Assembly (NCBI GenBank): GCA_018901755.1
Contig: JAHIDZ010000015.1
Location: 65,079-129,078 of the forward strand
Source of the DNA: Nanobdellota archaeon
Lineage (GTDB): Archaea; Aenigmatarchaeota; Aenigmatarchaeia; Aenigmatarchaeales; Aenigmatarchaeaceae
Reading direction: 5' to 3'
DNA: 64,000 nucleotides
The notes beneath the pieces were generated by a model. That model had not been told where the DNA came from. It was given only the letters and a program-made list of their open reading frames with translations, and ran no database searches. The translations under genes were made by a program, and so were the position numbers. Of the stretch, positions 58,375 through 64,000 are shown one piece after another (the first letter of the stretch is position 1; every line of letters starts with the position of its first letter).

Positions 58375-59922
58375 ATGATATGTATGATTAAACAATTTAT
58401 ATTAGTGATTATGCTTGTTTCTATGTTTTCATTCTCAGTATACGCTCAGATTGATAATCCGTATACTATAGATTATCTTAAAGTTGATATTATACAGACC
58501 GGCGAGATAGACACAACTGGTAGAGTCGAGGATATGGAACTTACGCTATCAATACCACAAAATGATCAATATCAGAAGGTTGAAAACATCGAATCAAATG
58601 TTAATTATACCGAATACTATGACGATATTGGCAATAAATATTTGAAATTAAAATGGATTAAGCCAGAAGTTGTTAATAAGTTTAGAGTTAAAACAACAGT
58701 CACTATAAATCGAAGAAATACTATGGATGTAGAAAAATTTCCAGAATTCATAGATTCAACACAATTAGTTGATTATGATACAAATGATATTGATGTTCTG
58801 TCGAAGACATTTAGAGGCAATGATATAGATAAAATATTTTCTGTAGCTACATGGGTAAATAAAAACATAAAATATGATATGGAATATGCACAAGTGAATA
58901 TGTCAGCTTCTTGGGTTTTAGAAAATAGAAAAGGTGTTTGTGATGAAATTACAACATTGTTTGTCGCGCTTACTAGGAGCATGGGGTATTATTCACCATA
59001 TATAGCTGGTTATGCTTATTCGAAGGATGCTAATTCAATGGATGGTTTTGTAGCACATGGTTGGGCAGAGGTGAACGGAATACCCGTTGATGTCACATGG
59101 TCACAGGGTGGATTTTTAGATGCTACACATATTAAATTTGCAAAATTGGCAGATTCATCATATACACAGGCTTCTTTGAATGCAAGAGGTCTTGGTAGTT
59201 TTAAAGTAGATCTTAAAGATATTACAACAGAGATAACCACTGTTGAAAACACTGAAAGTTTGATTATTGGTTCTACATCTTCGCTTCTTGATGATATTGT
59301 ATACAAAGGATATGTCGTTGTTAAGAGTGATGTTACATCTGATAGATGTGTATTAACAAAATTGAAAGTTCAGGGATGTATTGATAGTAGTGGAGAAAAT
59401 GTCATGAGAAATACAGAAAATAATGATGCTTTCTATTTTTGCAATCAGAGGAAAGTCTTTTCTATACTTGAATTGTTAGATGAAGGAAACGCACTTGGAT
59501 TGTACAAATGTCCGATTGTTGTTTTGCCTTATGGTGGTGAAACTGAAACCGTTTCTGTGAAAGTTTCTTTTGAGAATGAGAAGAAAGTCGATCTATCTAC
59601 TGATAAAACTAATCTTGCTGCGGGAGAAGAATATAGTGTTTATGCAAAGGATAGTTACATATTTACAAGTAATGGTGATTTTGCATATCAGAAATCACAA
59701 TTTATAGCACCACATAATGATTTTATTTTATATGGATATAATTCAGGAACACTTGTTTCGGAAAATATGCATGTGACAGATACTAATTCTATTTTAATTG
59801 AAACAGAAGTATCCCAGCCCGATATTGAAATTATTGTCGAAAAGCCTGAAGATGTAAGTATCGGATTTTTCTCTATGATTTTTAATATGTTCAGCAACTT
59901 GTTCAAAGGGTTGAGTATATGA
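58375..59922 (+). CDS. secreted transglutaminase-like (papain-fold Cys-His-Asp) domain protein with a C-terminal hydrophobic anchor
   Basis: Signal peptide. RKGVCDEITTLFVALTRSMG ... HGWAEV is the transglutaminase core. Confidence 0.68.
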   Translation: MICMIKQFILVIMLVSMFSFSVYAQIDNPYTIDYLKVDIIQTGEIDTTGRVEDMELTLSIPQNDQYQKVENIESNVNYTEYYDDIGNKYLKLKWIKPEVVNKFRVKTTVTINRRNTMDVEKFPEFIDSTQLVDYDTNDIDVLSKTFRGNDIDKIFSVATWVNKNIKYDMEYAQVNMSASWVLENRKGVCDEITTLFVALTRSMGYYSPYIAGYAYSKDANSMDGFVAHGWAEVNGIPVDVTWSQGGFLDATHIKFAKLADSSYTQASLNARGLGSFKVDLKDITTEITTVENTESLIIGSTSSLLDDIVYKGYVVVKSDVTSDRCVLTKLKVQGCIDSSGENVMRNTENNDAFYFCNQRKVFSILELLDEGNALGLYKCPIVVLPYGGETETVSVKVSFENEKKVDLSTDKTNLAAGEEYSVYAKDSYIFTSNGDFAYQKSQFIAPHNDFILYGYNSGTLVSENMHVTDTNSILIETEVSQPDIEIIVEKPEDVSIGFFSMIFNMFSNLFKGLSI

Positions 59923-60416
59923 AGATTGGAATAACTGGAACCCCAGGCGTCGGCAAGACTATAGTTTCTAAAAAACTTGCTAAACAGATGAAATATCGAT
60001 TAGTGGAATTAAACAAAGATGTTAAAACGAAAAAATTATACGATTCTTATGATAAAAAGAGAAAGTGTTTTGTGGTCGATGTAAAAAAAATAAATAGATA
60101 TTTTAAGAAAATAGAAGAAAAAAATGTTATAATTGACAGTCATTTATCACATACACTAATTGGGCTAGATAAGATTTTTGTTCTTAGATGTAGACCAAAT
60201 ATCCTGGAAAAACGATTACATAAAAAGAGATGGAATAAGGAAAAAATACGGGAAAATCTTGAAGCAGAGTACATTAGTTTGATAAGTTGGGAGGCAAGGC
60301 AAATGAATAAAAATGTTTATGACGTAGATAACACAGGAAGTAAGGCTTTAAATACAATAAAACAAATTATAAATGGAAGGGGAAACAAGTACAAAAAACA
60401 AATAAATTGGATGTGA
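59919..60416 (+). CDS. Fap7/adenylate-kinase-isoenzyme-6-like P-loop NTPase (COG1936)
   Basis: MKIGITGTPGVGKT Walker A at the extreme N-terminus. About 165 aa. 4-nt overlap with the upstream gene. Confidence 0.68.
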   Translation: MKIGITGTPGVGKTIVSKKLAKQMKYRLVELNKDVKTKKLYDSYDKKRKCFVVDVKKINRYFKKIEEKNVIIDSHLSHTLIGLDKIFVLRCRPNILEKRLHKKRWNKEKIRENLEAEYISLISWEARQMNKNVYDVDNTGSKALNTIKQIINGRGNKYKKQINWM

Positions 60417-60420
60417 TTTA

Positions 60421-60597
60421 ATGGGAAAAATAAGAGCACCGGCGAATGTTAAAAGAGTATATGATAGAATGTTTATTTGCATGAAATGTAACTCAAAAAT
60501 GAGAACAGACATGCTTAGAGTAAAAGCTAAGAAAGTTAAATGTAGAAAATGTGGTTACAAAGGATTAAGACCAAAGAAAAAAGATAGAAAGGCATAA
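60421..60597 (+). CDS. rpl40e: 50S ribosomal protein L40e
   Basis: My own translation is MGKIRAPANVKRVYDRMFICMKCNSKMRTDMLRVKAKKVKCRKCGYKGLRPKKKDRKA, which shows the L40e zinc-ribbon pattern (ICM.C....A..C.KCGY..LRPK). It is missing from the track because it is under 60 aa. Confidence 0.78.
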   Translation: MGKIRAPANVKRVYDRMFICMKCNSKMRTDMLRVKAKKVKCRKCGYKGLRPKKKDRKA

Positions 60598-60600
60598 ATA

Positions 60601-61410
60601 ATGAATTCTCTACTACAGCTAATGAGGCCGTCTGTAGTTATTCTGGGGAGTCTTGGAGCTTTAGTTGGAGCACTTGTAATTGGGTATTATGATATTTTTG
60701 ATATAGTAATAGCAATGTTCGTAGTAGTATTATTATCAGGTGCAGGAAATGCGCTTAATGACTATTATGACTATAAGATCGATAAGACCAATAAACCAGG
60801 AAGACCGATACCTTCTGGAAAAATTAAAAGGATAGATGCTTTCAGATTTGCTACAATTCTTTATGTGGCAGGTTTACTACTTTGCATGACACTTAGCATT
60901 TATTGTTTTATTTTAGCAATTGTTAACACTATATTGACAGTTATTTATTCTAAAAAAATAAAAACAATGACAGTATTTGGTGGTGCGTTTCCAAGTTGGT
61001 TGGCAGCATCAACATTCCTATTTGGAGGACTGTTGACTGAAACAGTAAACATAACAATACTTGCGCTTGTTGCAATAGCATTCTTTGGTAATTTTGGACG
61101 TGAAATTGTTAAAGATATTGAAGACATTGAAGGAGATAAAAAGGGTGGAAAGAAAACAATACCGATTATATATGGTGAAGACGTCGCAAGAGCTTATTCA
61201 ATAATATGTGTTTTCATAGCAATTATTCTGATGGCGCTTCCTTGGGTATTTGATTTGTTAAATGTTTATTATATTTTCTTTATACTAATTACAGATATTG
61301 TACTGTTTAGAGCAATTCGACATTTGAAGAAAAATCCAGCAAAATCACAAAAATTAATGAAGTTAGCTATGTTTATAGTTATACTTGCCTTCATAGCTGG
61401 TACAATATAG
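60601..61410 (+). CDS. digeranylgeranylglyceryl phosphate synthase (UbiA prenyltransferase family)
   Basis: NDYYDYKIDKTNKPGRPIPSG is the first Asp-rich motif; a second occurs at KDIEDIEGD. 8-9 TM helices. Confidence 0.82.
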   Translation: MNSLLQLMRPSVVILGSLGALVGALVIGYYDIFDIVIAMFVVVLLSGAGNALNDYYDYKIDKTNKPGRPIPSGKIKRIDAFRFATILYVAGLLLCMTLSIYCFILAIVNTILTVIYSKKIKTMTVFGGAFPSWLAASTFLFGGLLTETVNITILALVAIAFFGNFGREIVKDIEDIEGDKKGGKKTIPIIYGEDVARAYSIICVFIAIILMALPWVFDLLNVYYIFFILITDIVLFRAIRHLKKNPAKSQKLMKLAMFIVILAFIAGTI

Positions 61411-61444
61411 AAAAGTATTTAAGACAATCATTCGATTTCTAATT

Positions 61445-61744
61445 ATGGACGAGATAAGTAAAATAATAGAAAAAAGAGGAATTAAGCCAGCCGATTGTGC
61501 TTATCATACTCTTAGAGATTTTGAAAATGGTGGACGACTTAGAGCTCTTCTAATTAAAGGTGAAACAATAACTCACGTAGAATATAAGTGTCCTGAATGT
61601 GGGCATGTAGCGTATACAACTCAGCCATGGGTACCGGTTTCTAAGGCAGCTTCAGTGCGATTTATTGTAGAATGCGTTAAGTGCAAGTTTAAGATTAAAG
61701 TTGAGAAGTTGAAAGGAAAGAAAAAGAAAGCCAAGAAAGAATAA
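61445..61744 (+). CDS. small zinc-ribbon protein with a Lys-rich tail
   Basis: CPECGH...CVKCKF. Confidence 0.4.
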   Translation: MDEISKIIEKRGIKPADCAYHTLRDFENGGRLRALLIKGETITHVEYKCPECGHVAYTTQPWVPVSKAASVRFIVECVKCKFKIKVEKLKGKKKKAKKE

Positions 61745-61786
61745 AGTTATTATTTAAATTCTAACAATCTAAGATATTAGTTAGAT

Positions 61787-61863
61787 GCCTCGGTAGTTCA
61801 GTCGGTACGAATGCTCGCTTGGTAAGTGAGAGGTCGTGGGTTCAATTCCCACCCGAGGCTCCA
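61787..61863 (+). tRNA. tRNA-Thr (anticodon GGU), no intron, CCA encoded
   Basis: GCCUCGG-UA-GUUC-AGUCGGUAC-GAAU-G-CUCGC-UUGGUAA-GUGAG-AGGUC-GUGGG-UUCAAUU-CCCAC-CCGAGGC-U-CCA. Confidence 0.9.
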
Positions 61864-61898
61864 GATTATTTATATATTTAATCAATGTAATTATATTT

Positions 61899-62408
61899 AT
61901 GGCTAAAGAAATCGAAAAGAAATATTTGTTTCAAGGAAAAGCTAGGGATAAAGTTCTCTATGTACTAGGTTTACCAGAAATAAATTTGAATAAAGGTACG
62001 AAGATAAGACAGGGTTACCTTCCTGTAGATATGGCACATAAGATTGCATGTATTTTGAATTTGCCGGAAGGTTTCAAACCAGGTGAACTGCGTGTTAGAG
62101 ATAAGGGTGGAAAATATTTTTTGACTGCTAAAAGTGCAGGTGGAATAAAGCGTGATGAATATGAAAAGCAGATAGATAAAAAATTATTTGAAGCACTTTG
62201 GCCAGAGACTGAAGGTAGGAGAATAGAAAAGGTAAGATCAACTTTTGATTACGGGGGGCATGAAGTGGAACTTGATTTTTTTACAGATAGAAAACTTATT
62301 TTGGGTGAAGTTGAGGTTAAATCTTTGAAAGAGGCCAGAAAAGTCAGTTTGCCTGGAAAGGATGTTACCGAGGATCAAACATACAAGAATAAAAATTTAG
62401 CTAAATGA
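61899..62408 (+). CDS. CYTH-domain protein (triphosphate tunnel metalloenzyme; CyaB/ThTPase family)
   Basis: EIEKKYL has the ExExK signature at the N-terminus, with later acidic strands (ELDFF, GEVEV). The track ORF starts at 61836 inside tRNA-Thr, so the start was trimmed to the Met at 61899. Confidence 0.72.
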   Translation: MAKEIEKKYLFQGKARDKVLYVLGLPEINLNKGTKIRQGYLPVDMAHKIACILNLPEGFKPGELRVRDKGGKYFLTAKSAGGIKRDEYEKQIDKKLFEALWPETEGRRIEKVRSTFDYGGHEVELDFFTDRKLILGEVEVKSLKEARKVSLPGKDVTEDQTYKNKNLAK

Positions 62409-62443
62409 ATCATTATTGGTTTAGATTCTATTCAAGATTCCAT

Positions 62444-62656
62444 TTAAGCTTTAAACGTATCAATCTTACCCGGATTTCTTTGCTTACAAATGCCAGTTTC
62501 CATATCTATAATCATATCATCTCTCCTGACTCTAGTTTTATTTCCAGCACTGTCTGTAAACATCATAAATCTATTTCCAAATTGATCTACTCCGTATCTG
62601 TCTGGACTCGTAAGAGTTTTTTCATCTAAAACAAGCGTAAATTTTTTCTCTTCCAT
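62444..62656 (-). CDS. hypothetical small protein
   Basis: ORF only. More protein-like than the overlapping plus-strand ORF. Confidence 0.35.
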   Translation of the reverse strand: MEEKKFTLVLDEKTLTSPDRYGVDQFGNRFMMFTDSAGNKTRVRRDDMIIDMETGICKQRNPGKIDTFKA

Positions 62657-62697
62657 AAAATTACCTATAAAATTATCATAATTACATATATTTAAGT

Positions 62698-63282
62698 CTA
62701 TTTCAGAATCTTACCAGTTTCCATGTACCATAAATATAAATCTAATTCTGCTAAATTCAGGCTAACTTTCTTTCCCATTTCTCTTAATTTGTTTTCTATT
62801 TCTAAATATGTTTTCGGTGTGAGTGTTTTAGGTTGTTTAATTATTTTATGTTTAACAAGCAAGTCGATTATATGAAAATCAATTATAGCATAGTCTGTGA
62901 ACCCAACGTTACGTAGAAAGTGAGAAGCTTCCTTCATACCTAGTCCTTTAACGTTTTTAACAATCCATTCTCTTGTGCAATTATTTTTAAGACAGGTTTT
63001 ATGTTTTCTAGCTTCCATAATATATTCTGCTCTTTTGTTTGGGTAACGATGCCCATGTTTTTTTAATGTGTTTTTTAATTCCGCTAGAGTTAGTTTTGAG
63101 AAATCTTTAATGTTATTCTGAATTTTTATCGAACGTTCTGCATTAAAATTTGCAGTAAGTATACAGAAACATAATTCATTGAATAAATCTTTATTGTTCT
63201 TGAATTCATTCATTCTAGTTTTAATAAGTTTGCTAACTTCACTTTCTTTTAATTTGTTTATAGAACTGATTAATTCTTTCAT
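62698..63282 (-). CDS. HhH-GPD N-glycosylase/DNA lyase (archaeal Ogg-type 8-oxoguanine glycosylase)
   Basis: VKGLGMKEASHFLRNVGFTDYAIIDFHI matches the helix-hairpin-helix plus Gly/Pro-Asp loop. Confidence 0.72.
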   Translation of the reverse strand: MKELISSINKLKESEVSKLIKTRMNEFKNNKDLFNELCFCILTANFNAERSIKIQNNIKDFSKLTLAELKNTLKKHGHRYPNKRAEYIMEARKHKTCLKNNCTREWIVKNVKGLGMKEASHFLRNVGFTDYAIIDFHIIDLLVKHKIIKQPKTLTPKTYLEIENKLREMGKKVSLNLAELDLYLWYMETGKILK

Positions 63283-63403
63283 ATTATCTATACTTATACA
63301 AAGGTTTTTAAAATGTAGTTATAGTAATAGTTTGTAAGGGCTCGTCGTATACTATTTCAAAGTATACAACGCATTTATATATTTCGATTGACGTAGTTAT
63401 TTC

Positions 63404-64000
63404 ATGAAAATGTGTAAAACCGATAGATTAATTTTCAAATCTGGAAAACAGAAAATTTTTATAGAAGATGTTAAGAACCAGACAGGTTTATCATGGAAGG
63501 AACTATCTAGTAAAATAAATAAAAGTGAAATAGCATTAAGACATGAATTAAGGAATGAAAAATATAACATATCATATTCCGATTTTATGAAATTGTGCGA
63601 TATTTGTAAGTGCCCTAAAAAATTGTATACAAGATATATTCTAAGAATAGAAGATAAAAATTGGGGTCAGAAAAAAGGCGGTCGAATTGGCGGGTTATCA
63701 AAAAAACACAATATGCCAAGAATCATTATAAATAAACCTAAACATTCTGAAAAACTTGCTGAGTTTGTTGGCATAATGCTTGGTGATGGAAGTATTAGCA
63801 AAACGAATTATACTATTGATATAACTCTTAACAGATTTATTGAGAAGCATTATTCAAAATATGTTTCTAATTTGATACGTGAACTTTTTAAGATAAATCC
63901 TCACATTTTTTATCCTAGGAATAAGAATACGATTCAGATTAGAGTAAATTCGTTAGAATTATTTAATTTTTTGAATGAAATTGGATTGGTAACTGGAACG
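63404..64000 (+). CDS. HTH fused to a LAGLIDADG homing endonuclease-like domain, truncated by the window end
   Basis: Its N-terminal region aligns with the other members (KQKIFIEDVKNQTGLSWKELSSKINKSEIALRHEL). First LAGLIDADG motif FVGIMLGDGSI. Confidence 0.72.
   Translation, partial: MKMCKTDRLIFKSGKQKIFIEDVKNQTGLSWKELSSKINKSEIALRHELRNEKYNISYSDFMKLCDICKCPKKLYTRYILRIEDKNWGQKKGGRIGGLSKKHNMPRIIINKPKHSEKLAEFVGIMLGDGSISKTNYTIDITLNRFIEKHYSKYVSNLIRELFKINPHIFYPRNKNTIQIRVNSLELFNFLNEIGLVTGT

Noticed and set aside
61836-61898. The track's longer start (61836) for the CYTH-domain ORF
   Set aside because: It would begin inside tRNA-Thr (61787..61863). The Met at 61899 (MAKEIEKKY) gives the canonical CYTH N-terminus, so the start was trimmed.

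Overview
This window is AT-rich (about 30% GC), gene-dense archaeal chromosomal DNA with short intergenic spacers and many overlapping start/stop codons. It carries core information-processing genes: an RNA polymerase cluster (rpoH, unsplit rpoB, rpoA1, rpoA2, L30e, nusA), TFB, TBP, MCM, both RFC subunits, an archaeal histone, aIF5A and aIF2-beta. Ribosomal proteins present are uS2, L7Ae, S28e, L24e, L35Ae, S8e, L37e and L40e, and the aminoacyl-tRNA synthetases are GluRS and a class II LysRS. Also present are a CCA-adding enzyme, RNase Z, a DGGGP synthase and a uppS homolog, which fits a small-genome, DPANN-like archaeon. I found four tRNA genes. tRNA-Thr is intron-less. tRNA-Lys, tRNA-Leu and tRNA-Gly each carry an intron, and two of these introns sit at non-canonical positions. 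There are no rRNA genes and no CRISPR array. The most striking feature is a family of at least seven free-standing homing-endonuclease-like genes, most with an N-terminal HTH fused to a double LAGLIDADG core and one with a PD-(D/E)xK core. They are wedged into conserved operons (L7Ae-S28e-[HE]-L24e and rfcS-[HE]-rfcL) or sit directly beside the intron-containing tRNA genes. Other accessory content includes a GC-richer island with a candidate restriction endonuclease, a C5 methyltransferase, an AbrB-like regulator, an ASCH protein and Vsr. There is also an IS4/IS5-type transposase, a frameshift-disrupted uppS, a 955-aa heavily sequon-decorated beta-helix surface protein, and a tightly coupled minus-strand operon of large proteins of unknown function.
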